A DNA stretch of 64,000 nt from the human T2T-CHM13v2.0 reference genome, Homo sapiens: NCBI RefSeq assembly GCF_009914755.1, contig NC_060939.1, one strand, 5' to 3'. Made by a program: the position numbers and the translations under genes. The stretch's first letter is position 1, and each line of letters opens with the position of its first letter. Below the pieces are notes generated by a model. The model was not told the DNA's origin. It made no database searches and saw only the letters and a program-made list of their open reading frames with translations. Shown here one piece after another: positions 1-13,424 of this stretch.

Positions 1-276
1 AGTCCTGTTTCCGGGTCTTGGCACAGGCCCCTGCCTTCACCAGAAGTGTCTTCCCTTTGCCCACCTCCAGCCTGTGCATCCTCTGAGGCCCAGCTCCCCA
101 GTGACTCCAGATGAATGTACCTTGACCATTTCCAACTGAGCCTTGGCTCACTGACAAAGCCACATCTCCTTGAAGGCTGGGCCTAGGAGATTTCCATCAT
201 GTCTCCTCTTTGTCCAGCACAGGGCTGCAGACATGGCTGTTAGAAAATAATTCTTTCTTTGGCCTCAACAGGGAAT

Positions 277-530
277 GAATAATAATAATACAACAACAAT
301 AATAACAATAACATTAGCTGACGTTTGCTGAGCATCCCACTTGCCAGATGGATTACTGAGTACTTCGCACGTGCTGTCTAGCTGGATCCTCAGAGCAACC
401 CAGTGATGCACAGGATCCTTGTTATTCTCCCAATGTACAGATGAGGAAAACAGAGACTCAGTAAGGGCAAAAAGCTTTTCCAAGGGCAAATAGCTAATCA
501 AACTGTCAATAGAAATCATGGCCACTTGAT
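277..530 (-). mobile_element. MIR SINE
   Basis: Core ACAGATGAGGAAA..GAGACTCAG and (AAT/AAC)n tail. Confidence 0.7.
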
Positions 531-534
531 TTCT

Positions 535-1452
535 GACAATCAAGATTTCTGAAAACGATGTTGTTTTCAGCAGATGGTGCTGAGACATCTGGATATCCAC
601 ATGCCAAAGAACGAGGTTGAGCCCCTCTTTTACACCATGTAGATTGATTACCTAAAAATTGATCATAGACCTAAATGTGAGAGCTAAAACTAAACAAGTC
701 TTAGAAAAAAACATGGGAATATATTTTCAGGACTTTGGTCGGGCGCGGTGGCGCACGCTTGTAATCCCAGCACTTTGGGAAGCCGAGGAGGGTGGATCAC
801 TTGAGGTCAGGAGTTCGAGACCAGCTGGCCAATACGGTGAAACCCCGTCTCTACTGAAAATACAAAAATTAGCCAGGTGTAGAGGTGTGCATCTGTAATC
901 CCAGCTACTGGGGAGGCTGAGGCAGGAGAATCGCTTAACCCAGGAGGCAGAGGTTGCAGTGAGCTGAGATCACACCACTGCACTCCAGCCTGGGCGACAG
1001 TGAGACTCCATTTCAAAATAAAATAAAATAAAATAAAATAAAATAAAATAAAAATTTCAGGACATTGGATTAGGCAATGATTTCTGGTTTCTTAGATATG
1101 ACACCAAAAGCACAAGTGACAAGATAAAAAAACAAATTTCCTCAAAAGTAAAGTCCTTTGTGCTTCAAAGGACACCAACAAGAATGTGAAAAGATACGCC
1201 ATAGAATAAGAGGAAATATTTGCAAATCATATATCTGACAAGGGATTTGTATCTGGCATATGTAAAGCACTCTTACAACTTAACAATAAAAAAACACAAA
1301 TAACCCACATAAAAAGTGGGCAAAGGATCTAATAGAAATGTCTCCAAAGAAGATGATATGCCAGCCAGCCCATGGAAAGATGTTCAACATCATTAGCCAT
1401 AGGGGAAATGCAAATCAAAACCACAGTGAGATACCACTGCACACCCACTGCT
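535..1452 (+). mobile_element. L1M ORF2 3' fragment, interrupted by an Alu
   Basis: L1 motifs GACCTAAATGTGAGAGCTAAAAC, ATTTGCAAATCATATATCTGA, ATGCAAATCAAAACCACAGTGAGATACCA. Confidence 0.85.
737..1054 (+). mobile_element. AluS with (AAAAT)n tail
   Basis: Full dimer; flanking TSD-like TTTCAGGAC. Confidence 0.95.
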
Positions 1453-1493
1453 ATGAATAAGTGAGAGGCACGGACAGAATGCGGGTACTATAC

Positions 1494-1531
1494 CAGGGTG
1501 TAGACTTCATGTGTAATTCATAACTCTCACC
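1494..1531 (-). CDS. PLA2G4E: cPLA2-epsilon exon 10 (GESYELHMKSTP)
   Basis: Acceptor TTTCCCTCCCCAG|GGT, donor TG|GTATAG; 38 nt; phase 0-2. Confidence 0.93.
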
Positions 1532-1886
1532 CTGGGGAGGGAAAGATGAAAAGCTTGTCAGAGGTGACAATTCAGAGCCAAGTGATCCCAGATCCACACT
1601 GTCCACCCAGACCCCACTCAGCACACACGTGCACACACAGGCGCTCCATCCCTGCCTCTCTCTTCTGGACACAATCTCCCCACCATCTTCAACTCAGCCT
1701 CCATACACTCTTTGGACCACACTGTAGCTCATCAGTCTCCTGCCCCACAAGACTCCTCCATCCTGCCTGAGAGAGACCCTCACGAGTCACATTCTCTCTT
1801 GTACCTCCCCAGGCTCTCCCCACCTCCCTACCACAGGAGCTCCAGGGGAAGTAAGTCAGGGGCCCTTCCCAGACTCAGGCACTCAC

Positions 1887-1970
1887 CACAGGCAGGGTCA
1901 TCACCTGACCATCGGAAAGGCAGTCGAGGGGCTGGCTGATGGGGCCCTTCTTGCGAGAGCGGCAGCAAAG
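1887..1970 (-). CDS. PLA2G4E: cPLA2-epsilon exon 9 (LCCRSRKKGP...VMTLPV)
   Basis: Acceptor CCCTCCAG|CTT, donor GTG|GTGAGT; 84 nt; phase 0-0. Confidence 0.94.
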
Positions 1971-2073
1971 CTGGAGGGATGGGTGGGTTCTGTGAGAGGG
2001 GCTGGGGAGCTCCTCTGGCACCCCCCACCTGTCCCAGTCCCCCACACCTCCCCCAGTGTCAGCCGCCTTGTAC

Positions 2074-2252
2074 CCCACAGCTCCAGTGACTCTTGGGCAC
2101 TTCCACGTGCACCTGGGACTGGAAGTACTTGGGGTAGTGGAAGCAGGCAGCGGTTTGGAAGCAGGCAGAGGTTGGGCAGCAGGGTTCCAAGCAGGGCCGG
2201 ACACGCTGGGTGTTCTCAAAGGATTCGTTCACCATCACCAGGAGGTCCTTCA
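2074..2252 (-). CDS. PLA2G4E: cPLA2-epsilon exon 8 (MKDLLVMVNESF...KSHWSCG)
   Basis: Acceptor CTCTCTCCCAG|TG, donor GGG|GTACAA; 179 nt; phase 1-0. Confidence 0.93.
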
Positions 2253-3126
2253 CTGGGAGAGAGGACAAGAGGGTGAGACCCTGGGAGCCTCTCACTACCC
2301 ACCCGCAACTTGGTCCAGCAAAAAACCTATTTGGAGGTATCCAGGAGGAGTTTAGAATCACCTGGGGCACCAGTTCAAATTCCCCAGAGATTCTCAATCT
2401 ATAGGGTAGGGCAGGGCCCAGGAACCTGCATTTTAATGAGGTTTATGAGGATGCAGACAAACATAGTCCCCAGAAAACCCTTTGAGATGCTGAGAAGGTC
2501 CTCAGGACCAGTCCTTGGCTCAGCTTTGCCAGAAGATGCCCCAAAGTAACCTGCCCACTGTAGAGGAGGCAGACCCTCCGCACACTGTCGCTTTTGATGT
2601 AGACGCCTCTTCTGTCCTCCCTCCCTCCCTCATGTCTGGTAGCCTTGCATGGGCAACATGGGGTGGGGTGGGGAGTAGGGTAGGGGTATGGTATTCATGG
2701 ATCTCTTAGGTCTCTGCCAGCTATAAAGTGCTAGGACCCTCTGTGAGCTGTGGTCTGCCTAGAGGAAGGGGCATAGTTAAAGGGGCCCTGGGCTTCGGGT
2801 GCTGACCACCTCACTGACCTAGGCAATCTGAGGTCCTGGCATGGCACAGCACAGACAAGCGTGGATAGAGGGAGCAGCACTGGGACCCCAGACCTGAGAT
2901 ACTCCAAGGTTATGTGGGTGCTTGGGCGAACACGCCCTTTACAGAGCAGGATGGGAGGCCAGGGGCTCAGGACCCCTGGGGGTGAGATGATTCTGAGGGG
3001 TTTCAGCCGAGCTTTTGGTCCCCCTGAGCCCAGGGAAGCCCTGGACTAGGTGGAGTCTGATGCTGATGGGATTTGGAAGCAGCTCCCCCTTGTCCCCCAG
3101 TAGGCAGAAAAGGCAAAACAGCTCAC

Positions 3127-3190
3127 TTTTCTCCCTCTTCCTCCGCCTCCTGGATTGTGCATGAACCTCCAGGCAGGAGACTTGTCGAGA
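3127..3190 (-). CDS. PLA2G4E: cPLA2-epsilon exon 7 (SRQVSCLEVHAQSRRRRKREK, polybasic stretch)
   Basis: Acceptor TTTTTTACAG|TCT, donor A|GTGAGC; 64 nt; phase 0-1. Confidence 0.95.
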
Positions 3191-3667
3191 CTGTAAAAAA
3201 CAAAGGAGGGTCACAGAGTGTCTGAGCACCAGCCACCTCCTTGCTCTTCCAGGCTGAAGGGAGATGAGGGACCAGAGGATACATTCAGCATTGGTCTGAC
3301 TGGGCTGATGCTGGGGAATGCAGAATGTGTTGACCACATTTTCTGAACCCAATCAAGGCATGCCATCTCACTCAGAGATAGGATACTTGACCACGAAGCT
3401 GTCCCAGGATGTCTAGGACCCACGGTCACAGTTTACTAGGGGTCAGGTCCTCAGCTGCAGGTCGGGAATCTGACCTGAGGGAATGTTCAGCTCTGGGCTT
3501 TCAAAGTGAGGGCTTCCGACAAAATAGCCTTGTCAAGATGCTGAGGCAGATCATACTCCTTTGCCACACATTCCCAAAGACTCTTCTTTTTGAGGGAGAG
3601 GTCTCCTTGAACCCTGAGGCACTGGATGCATTTAATTAAAATAGCTGTACCAACAGCCGAAATATGA

Positions 3668-3963
<296 letters not shown>

Positions 3964-3997
3964 TGAAACAATTTTTAATACAGAAATTGTGCTTGTA

Positions 3998-4260
3998 GGC
4001 CAGGCACAGTAGCTCACACCTGTAATCCCAGTACTTTGGGAGGCTGAGGCTGGCAGATCGCTTGAGCTCAGGAGTTTGAAACCAGCCTGGGCAACATGTT
4101 GAAACCCCGTCTCTACAAAATACAAAATAATAGCTGGGGGTGGTGGCGTGCTTGAGCACGGGAGGCAGAGGTTGCAGTGATCCGAGATCGCAGCACTGCA
4201 CTCCAGCCTGGGCGACAGAGTGAGACCTTGTCTCAAAAAAAAAAAAAAAAAAAAAAAAAG
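3998..4260 (+). mobile_element. Alu with internal deletion and long A tail
   Basis: Alu consensus; TSD AAA(T/C)TGTGCTTGTA. Confidence 0.93.
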
Positions 4261-4625
4261 GTAAACTGTGCTTGTAGAATTACTGGGGTTGTGGGGTACA
4301 GGACCAAGACTGAGTCTGAGAGGAGGCTGCACTTAGTGGGTTGTTTTATTGGGGAGGCTCTTAAGGGGAAGGGTCACTTTTGGGATATGAAGTGCTCGGC
4401 CAGGGTGATGTCCCAGCTACCTCCTCCCTCTGTACAGAAGCCCCAGCTCGTGCCCCAGTGCTGCCTGTGCCCCATTTGGCTGGCCTCGTTTAGTCTAACT
4501 CCTGCAGAGGTCAGGATAGGACAGAGACCAAGCTGGGCCCACTGTTTTCTCCCTTGGTCCTGTTCCCCTGAGAGCAGCAGCCAGCCGTGGCCTCTGGAGC
4601 TACAGGAACCCAGGAAGATAATTAC

Positions 4626-4668
4626 CACCAGCACGCCATTGGTGACGAGGGTCTCAGGTGGAGAGGGA
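4626..4668 (-). CDS. PLA2G4E: cPLA2-epsilon exon 6 (SPSPPETLVTNGVLV)
   Basis: Acceptor TTTGTTTTTCAG|T, donor GTG|GTAATT; 43 nt; phase 2-0; TNGVLV motif of group IV PLA2. Confidence 0.95.
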
Positions 4669-5204
4669 CTGAAAAACAAAAGGAGAACTCCTGGTCAATT
4701 CTAGCATTCTTGACTGGTTTCTTCTAATGGCGACAAAGGGAATAAATAGGGTCAATAACAAAATATCAGAGCCTTCTTTGTTCTCATAAAAAATACTAGC
4801 TTCGGAAACCTTAGCCTTATAGGTTGTCAGGGAGGAAACTGGCCTACATTTGAAACAGAATGTCCAGGAAAAAAATAGATTTATAGGTTAGAAGAGTAGG
4901 AGAGTTCTATTTTTTTGAAAGGATAACTGTTTTTTATGTCTAACCAGATGCAAATGCATGGGGTTAGAAGAATAAATAGGTTGTAAGAAATGGCTGCAAC
5001 CTGCCAGCTAGAGCAGACATAAACAGTTTTGGTAGTGAAAATGATCCATTCTCCATTCTGTGCTTTATCTAACTTATGCATTTAACAGTCTGGCCCAGCT
5101 GAGAGGGTGAATGTTAAATGCCCTTGTGTTATAAAGTTGAGAACATAAGCCTCCAAGGTTTCAATTAGCCTGGCAGAGTCCACAGCATCCCTTGTCAAAA
5201 TTAA

Positions 5205-5430
<226 letters not shown>

Positions 5431-5834
5431 AGATCAACTCTTATTACCAAGCATGACATGTTTCATTTTGCAAGCCACTTTCTAATTCAGCCCAGGAGTT
5501 TTCCCCGCCCTCTAAAAATTCTGTCAAATCAAGAATTGGAGGGGAGAGCTTCGATTTTCTTCAATGTTAAGTAAATAACGTTGATTTTAATTTGCCAATC
5601 AGCTGTTGATGGGAAGTAAGTTCCCTCACATAGTTTGAAGATCCCCTAGACAGAGGATTCTCCAAGTGGCAGTTGACGAGCCCTCTTGTCCTGTCTCCCA
5701 CCTGTCATCCTCCTTCTGTTCCCGGGCTCATCACAAGCACAGGGGGCTCAGCCCTGCCAGGTGAAGAAGAGGGAGGAGTGAGGAACAAGCTGCCCAGTTA
5801 CAGGGCACTCTGCCCGGCCTGAGGCGGGGGTTGC

Positions 5835-5925
5835 CTTTCTTTCTTTCTTCCTTTCCTTCCTTTCCTTCCTTTCCTTCCTTTCCTTCCTTCCTTTCCTTCC
5901 TACCTTCCCTCTTTGTTCCCTCCTT
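5835..5925. repeat. Polypyrimidine (CCTTT/CCTT)n repeat
   Basis: Direct reading. Confidence 0.9.
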
Positions 5926-6005
5926 CCAGACCTCCAGCTCTCTGAGTCCTCAGCACAGTCATGTCTCCAGGATCCTGGATCGTTTTCCTAATTGAAAATG
6001 ATTTG

Positions 6006-6569
<564 letters not shown>

Positions 6570-6918
6570 TCAGCTGGGCCTCAACAAGGCCCCCATCGCC
6601 ATGGTGGCAGGAACTCTTCCCAGAAGCCACCCTTGGGAATGTAGGGGGCCTGAGGCAGGCTATTTGGCCAGAGTACTAGATCTTTAAAGCAATGCTGAGG
6701 GCAGGAGAACTGGGTAAGTGCAGTGGGGCCCAGGCTCCTACACTATGGAGAAGCTCCTGGGTGATTCTGATGCACAGTGAAGAGTCAGGGTTAGTGCCAG
6801 GAGTGAGACTGGAAGAGGGTGAGGCAGCAAAAAGGCCGACCTGCCTCTGAAATGCTCGTTCCCAGAAGCTACTTAATGGCCAGGACCTTGGTGGGCCCCG
6901 GGGCCTGGGCCTACTCAC

Positions 6919-6959
6919 CTCTCCTCCAGCAGGAACTCCACCTCCAGCTCTTCCATGCC
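6919..6959 (-). CDS. PLA2G4E: cPLA2-epsilon exon 5 (GMEELEVEFLLEE)
   Basis: Acceptor CCCCTACCAG|GGC, donor AG|GTGAGT; 41 nt; phase 0-2. Confidence 0.95.
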
Positions 6960-7970
6960 CTGGTAGGGGAGGGAGGGAAGGCAGCTGTGAGTGGCGTCTG
7001 CACATCTCTGCTGACCAGAACCCTTTGCCACCCTGGGAGCCGCTGTGGACCTGCCTCCGTCCTTCCCCCACAGCTGCCTGCTGCCATGGAGTGTGCTTGT
7101 GGTCTCCTCTGCCAATCTCTGTCCCCAAGTCTTTGACATCAGGAGCATCACTGACAGCCCAGGGGAGGTCAGGGTGTGGAGCTGACCCCCAGCCCCAGCA
7201 TGTACATTCCTCTGCCCGAGAGCATCTCCTTTCTGTCACTTCCCTGGCTTCCCACCGCTCTCCTGCCTTCCCAAGGGACTCAGTGCCTGTGGCAAGGGAG
7301 CGCTGAGATACGCCTTCAGAAAGCCCATTCCTTCCTTCACTGAGTCCCTCACACCTCTTGCTGTGTACTGGAGGCAAGCCAGGGCCTCACTGGGCCTTAC
7401 TTTCCCCACCAGAATGTAAGCTAGGTGAGGGCAGGGATGCTAGTTCCCAAGGGGACCCAGTGCCTAGAACGGTGCCGGCCCCTCACAGGCACTCAAATGC
7501 TGGCAGAATGATTGAATTGACAGCATCCTGGGGGCTCCAGCTCTGACTGTCTCTGATCTGCAGATTCGCCCACCTTTACCCTCATCTGTCCTCTGTTCCT
7601 GGGGCCATCCCAGCAATGGGACTCTGAGGGAAGAAAAGGAGGGAAGGGAACCAAGACTTACTACCTCTCCATTGTGTTCTGTGAACACTGCTAGTTGCCT
7701 GAATTATGGTTTCTCATTTAAGTCCCACAACAACCTTGTGTGGTAGGTATTATGATCACCATTTTGTAGATGAGGAAACAGAAACTTAGGGAGTTATTTT
7801 TACGACATCACATAGTGAGTGACAGTGCTGGGATTTAAACCAGCAGCACCATCTTTTCTCAACTTGACTGTGTACACAGAGAAGACCCTGGGGAATGGCT
7901 TTGTGGGAATCAGCAGCAGCTATGAGGTTATCATGAAGCCGGAGTCTGAGGGCCTGTACCCTGCACCCAC

Positions 7971-8102
7971 CTGCGGGTTGAGTGGAAACTTCACGTGGGT
8001 TTTCTTTCGGAAACAGAGCTTGGTGAGGTCATAGAGAACTGTCAGGAGATGGTCATCTGGTGTCACTGTGTCTTCATCACAGACACTCAACTCTAGCACG
8101 TT
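7971..8102 (-). CDS. PLA2G4E: cPLA2-epsilon exon 4 (NVLELSVCDED...FPLNPQ; C2 domain)
   Basis: Acceptor TCCCCTAG|AAC, donor CAG|GTGGGT; 132 nt; phase 0-0; LELSVCDED Ca2+-loop motif. Confidence 0.97.
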
Positions 8103-9709
8103 CTAGGGGAGAAGGAAGGATGCCAGTCTGGTTACCACGGTTGCATTGACCCCTTCCCAGAACAAGGGGCTTGACCTCTGTCCTAGCAAGGAGGTAGGTC
8201 TGGGGGATGGGAGACAGCCCAGAAGTCCCTGCTCAGATGTGACAGACATTTGTAGGGAAACGAATTAAGGAAGGCAAGTGTCTATTCCCTCCTTTCCAAC
8301 TCCCTGAAGCCTTCTTGGCCTTCTGTTCTCACTTTCCTGCTAGAGAATTTTGCCTCTTTTACAAGCTTGGTAGAGACCTGTGAAGTATGGAAGGATTTAG
8401 TTTCACCTGAGGGGAAGGATGGATGGGAAAGAGCAAGCAAGACCCCTGCCAGGATATAGAATGTGGTCAGCACTGGGCCCCTGGGCACTGAAGACAGCCC
8501 CTTTGGTGCTAGAAAATCCAGATTAGGGAATCGAACATCTAACACTCCAGGGAGTGATGTGGCAAAGCTTGTAGGGGTTCTGATAATTGGTGGGGTATAT
8601 GAACTCTATCCTTTGACTCATCAGCCCCTAGTAAGTTCTCATGGATGGTCCCAAAGCAGCTACCTTGTCATCTGGCTGAACTCTGAGGTCAGTGTTCTCA
8701 GGTGACATGGACTAATCTCTGAGGCCTCTTGTTCCAAGGATCCTGGGGGATGTGGGTTGAGGCTGCCTCTTAAATACATCTAGTGGACATAAGGTGGTTC
8801 TGGAGGTTCCCAACGGGATGTGATTGTTGACCTTGTAATTACTAGAAACACAGGTATGTCCCAGAACCAACCCAGCAGCTCCACAATCCAAAGGAAGCTC
8901 AAATTCTGATTTCAAGATGGCAGACTGAACCCACATCAAAATTCTCCTCCCTTACCAAACTCACATGTATGATAGAAAAGGTATTTTAAAAATAATAAGT
9001 ATAAAGCCCTTCTTGAAAAGATACGTCACGTAACAAAAATAAATAAGTATCCCTAAAACATGGAGGCAGTAAGGTGGAGCTGTCAAGCCTCAAGCACCTC
9101 CAGACTGGGGCTGATGCCACTATGATGAGGCCAAATTTGTTGTAAGGGATCTCTGCTGAGGCTGTCACAACTCAGGATGCTCAAAGGATAATTATCCCAT
9201 GGGAGATGTGAACTCAACTTAGAGTCATCATATATCTGAAGAAGACCAATCCCATGGAACAACTCAACAAATAAAATACACACCCAAAGAAATGGAAATA
9301 ATAAAGCAATATGAAAAGAATTTAAGAGGGAGAGAACCCTCTGGCTGGAATTAGACTGGCCTCAGACCTAGTGAATAGAATGGTTCTTTCACTCTGTGTA
9401 TTCCCCTGCTTGGAGAAGGCTCTGGAAACACAATCTGTTTTGGATTAAGAGACACCTAGTTTCAGCAACAATTAGGACAAGAGAGACCAGGAGAAAAAGC
9501 TAGAAAGAGAAATAGACTCAGAGAGGGGCAAACATGAGACAGGCAGAAGGAAGTAGTGGGTGTGAGTGGGAAGACAGGTTTGTAGGACAAGAAGTAGGCA
9601 GAAAGGAAAACAAAGAGGCATAAGAACACAGAGGCAAAGAGAAGGACAAGTGGGCAAGAGGGGAGTAAAATGCAGACAGGGAAGACAGGTGCAGTCCTCC
9701 ATGTCTCAC

Positions 9710-9846
9710 CTTCACTCGGCTCTGGATCTGGAAGTTGAAGCTTTCATTCCACTCTGGATTTGGGCAGTTGGAGATGGTCCTTGTCCTCAGCTTCTTCTGA
9801 GAGGCGGTGGGCAGCCAGAGGCTCACAAAACAGTCTGTCTGGCTCA
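9710..9846 (-). CDS. PLA2G4E: cPLA2-epsilon exon 3 (LSQTDCFV...QIQSRVK; C2 domain)
   Basis: Acceptor TTTCTTGGACAG|TG, donor AAG|GTGAGA; 137 nt; phase 1-0; C2 motif RTRTISNCPNPEWNESF. Confidence 0.97.
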
Positions 9847-12059
9847 CTGTCCAAGAAAGATAAGTGGAACCAATCCAGGTTCAGAGAGAACATGTGGAGT
9901 CAAAAGGGAACTTCAGGCAAGCCTCTTCCAGAGCCAGGCCCCATCTCAGCTCCAGTTCCTCTCCTCATTCATGGGTCTAACTTTCCAGAGACTCAGATCC
10001 CCAAGAAGTCACAGATTGCAGGCTGTGGGTCTCGCAGAGGGCGACCCAATCCCACTGGCCATTCTCATAGACACAGATGGCCTCCGGCTCTTATTAGAAG
10101 CACCCTTGTCCCTGAGCAAACACCTGCTGGTTTGGGACAAGGTATGGTCACACAGTTTTCCCTCTGCCAAGGTAAGATCTGGAAGACCAGTCCCCAAGGG
10201 TCCGGATTACTTCTTGTCTTAGCCCAGGGGACCAGGAAAACCAAAGTAGGGCCAAGCGCTCCCTCTGGGCTGAGGAGAAGTGAGGATGAGAAGGAACACT
10301 CTGCTGTGAGTCGGCCAAGAGGAAGGGCCCCAGTGGGCAAGGACTTGAGTGAAACTAGCTATTCAGCAAGATCTAGGAGCAGGAACCCCCATCTCCATAT
10401 GGCTTAATGCCTCCACTGCATCCAGCCAGGCTCTTCTTACCTATCCTGATCTGCAGCATCAGGTTATGGCCCAAGAAACCCTCCCCTCTGTGGCCACATA
10501 CTTCTTTTTCATTCTAAATGAACAACCCAAGTGTGATGTTGCTGGATATGCTCTGGAGAAGGGACAGAGGCTTTGACCCCAACAAGCCCTCCCAAAATGA
10601 CAGAAGGTCTCCTAAGTCTTCCACCTGGAGCAACAGAAGGGATAGGGTGAAAATAGTAGCCCAGACTGACTCCCTGCTCTAGTCTACCTGGGAGGAGGGA
10701 GGCAGAGGGGCCATGACTGCCCCTGTCACTCTCCTGGCAGTTGGCGAGGGTGAGGCCCAGGGTACACACCAGATACATAGGAAATGGTGAAAGCCAGCAG
10801 TTTCCAGTGTCAGAGAGTCCTCTCGATGGTAAAGCTGGCAGGAGGATGGGAGTTCTACACTGGTAGGACTGATTCAAACTAGTTTTTAATTATTAATAGT
10901 CACTGATGAGAGTGGAGCCAGGGCTTTCTTCGCCCTGCGTTGTCACCACACTGAAAGGTTTATCAGAATCAACAGCCCTGATCTAAATCACAGGTGTTCC
11001 TAGCTTCTGATTTCATCCCTGAAGTCTGGTTAATCTTTGAGGCCTCATCATCCAGTGAATTGGAATTCACAGCCCTCCTCCTATTGAAGAAAGGTGAGAT
11101 GACACTCTCTTTTAGACGTCATGATAATCACTTAATCCAGACAAAAAGAATGATTGAAACCCAACAGAATCAAAAGAAAATGATGACCTCATCAACCTAC
11201 TCTTCCCTTCTATGCTCAACCTGCTCTTCCTTATCATCACTCAGGTGTCCAGGCCAGAAATCAGTGTCATCCTTGACTCCCACATTCAGTTGATTTAACC
11301 CTTTGTCTCTCTCAGGACCCCCAACTTCTCATCTGCCCTGCCACTGCCCTGGTGTAGACCACCATAATCTCTGAGGCCACTTCCCAGATAGGCTTCCCAT
11401 CTCCTGTCTTGCCCCACTCTAATCTTTTCTCCAAAGAGAAGCCACAAGGAGCTTTTTAGATATGACCATGCCATTCCCCAGTTCGAGATCCTCCAGGGCC
11501 TCCCTTCTGCCCTCAGGAAGGAGTCCCAGCCACTCAAAGTGGCTGACCCTGCTCACTTCCCCAGCCTCAGTCTCATCTCTCCACCCTCCCTAATACCCCA
11601 CCCCTGCCCTGTGTGTGCGAGCATGTGTATGTGTGCACACACGTACATTCACACACATTTACACACATACGCATTCACTCAAACTTACACACACGCACTC
11701 ACAGTTTAGACTCCAGCCAAACACAGTCACTTGTATTCAAAACTGCCTTTGCACATGTAGCTCCCTCTGCCCAGAACACTCTTCCACTTTCACCCACCCT
11801 TCTCCTTGCTAGCCCCTTGGGACTTCAGTAGGAACCTCCTCTGGAAGCTTTCCCTGAGCACCCAAGTCTGGACCAGGTACCCCAGAGCCCAGAGTCCTCT
11901 GTTCCTCTCCTGGGGAGCACCCCTATGCTGCTCTGCAACAACAGGTGGACTCATCTGTCTCCATCACACTGTGGCCACAGGATACAGGTACAGATACATC
12001 ACTGCAGATACAGGTCAGAGGTCAGTGTGTCTCATTGCTCTGCTGATAGGGAGACTCAC

Positions 12060-12231
12060 CAGGAACCTGCTCAGCCCTCTTGAACCCTTCCCTTGGCTTT
12101 TCCAGAACACTGGCCCCCCCCCCCCCCCGGGCCTGGACCACACCCTTCAGGTCTGTCTCCGGTACGCTGGGAGCCTGCAGGCAGGGTGCCAGCTCTATAC
12201 CTACTGGTTCTGTAATGCGCTTCGCGCGCAT
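12060..12231 (-). CDS. PLA2G4E: Candidate optional PLA2G4E exon in intron 2 (alternative first exon from ATG 12231, or 150-nt cassette 12060-12209)
   Basis: Open frame MRAKRITEPVGIELAP...KRAEQVP ends at donor CTG|GTGAGT in phase 1, matching exon 3; contains a C15 run at 12114-12128. Confidence 0.5.
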
Positions 12232-13424
12232 GATTTGATGGACCCTGTAAGAGCCCCTTCCCTCTAAAATTGTTTTCCTGTCATTCGTCCATGCCTAAAA
12301 TTCTCTGATAAAGCCCATTAAATAAAAACTCAGTATTTTTGGCCTAAGGCTTAAATGTCTAGTTAAGATAAAGAAATATTCCTGGCAGAGACAAGATTGA
12401 TCAGACACCCACATTCCAAGCATTAGTTTTTCAGTTCTTTTGCAGAGAGCTGCTTCCCCTGTCCACCCCCAGCAATGAATGGTTAGGCAACAGTGACCTG
12501 GTTCTGAGAATTTCATGGACTATGGGGATTTCCTAGGCACAGATAAGTTCTAATCCTTGTTCCTAGTGGAGTGACAGAGGGCTTGGTCATCTGAATGACA
12601 TGTCTCCTTTCCTGGAATGTGGGTGGCAGAGATGACTCAATCATCTCTATAGATGTTCAGAACTTTGTCTCTCTAATACCTCTGGAGACACCTGTCTGAT
12701 ATCCCTTGGGGTGCTGGTTTCAGTTTTAATTTCTCAAGAGAAACAAAAACTCCTGACAACTGGGAGGTTTCTAGGCCTGATTGTCTCTCAGTCCTGGCCC
12801 AAGGCTCTTTCAGTTATCGAGGAGTCAGCCCTGAATCTGAGTATTCACTGCCATTTGGCCTCTTGGAAACTTTAGGAGACTCAGGCACAAGTTACAAGAC
12901 TAAATGGAAGTGCTGTTTATTTTGGATTCAAACTAGAAGGAAAAAATTTGGGACAAGGGTAACCCAGGACCTAAAAGACTTCGGGATAGTCTTAATCTAA
13001 CCCAGGCAAGGTAGCAACACAGCCCAGCCTGCAGCAACTGTGGAATCCAGACCAGACATGACTGGGGTTGGCACCCCGAGATGCCACATGTGCCTTCCGC
13101 CTTGTTCTTCAGGGGAAATGAGGAAAACGTAAGCAACAGGGGGGTTTCCAAAGAGGGCCAGGTATCGCCCAAAGGCAGCCTGTCTGCCCAAGGGGCATGT
13201 AGGGAAGGGAGGAGGCTTGTAGAGCCAGACTACAGCCTGTTTCTCTAGCTGCCTGCTCTTCCTCACACCCCATCACCTGCTGAGTGACAGGTGTGGCAGG
13301 AAGAAGACAGAAGAAAGGACCCTGGACAGTGGGAAGTCTGAGCATGCAGGTGCAGGCATGCATGGGGGCATGCAGCCAGGTGACTGGAGAGGCTGGGACA
13401 GACACACCTCAAAAGGAGTTGGAG

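Noticed and set aside
1-1400. Possible overlap with the antisense lncRNA PLA2G4E-AS1
   Set aside because: Known to exist near this locus, but its exons cannot be delimited from sequence alone
6676-7377. 233-aa minus-strand ORF
   Set aside because: Crosses exon 5 in the wrong frame; no homology or splice support
9566-10407. 218-aa and 215-aa plus-strand ORFs
   Set aside because: Antisense shadow of exon 3 and purine-rich intron; no recognisable protein
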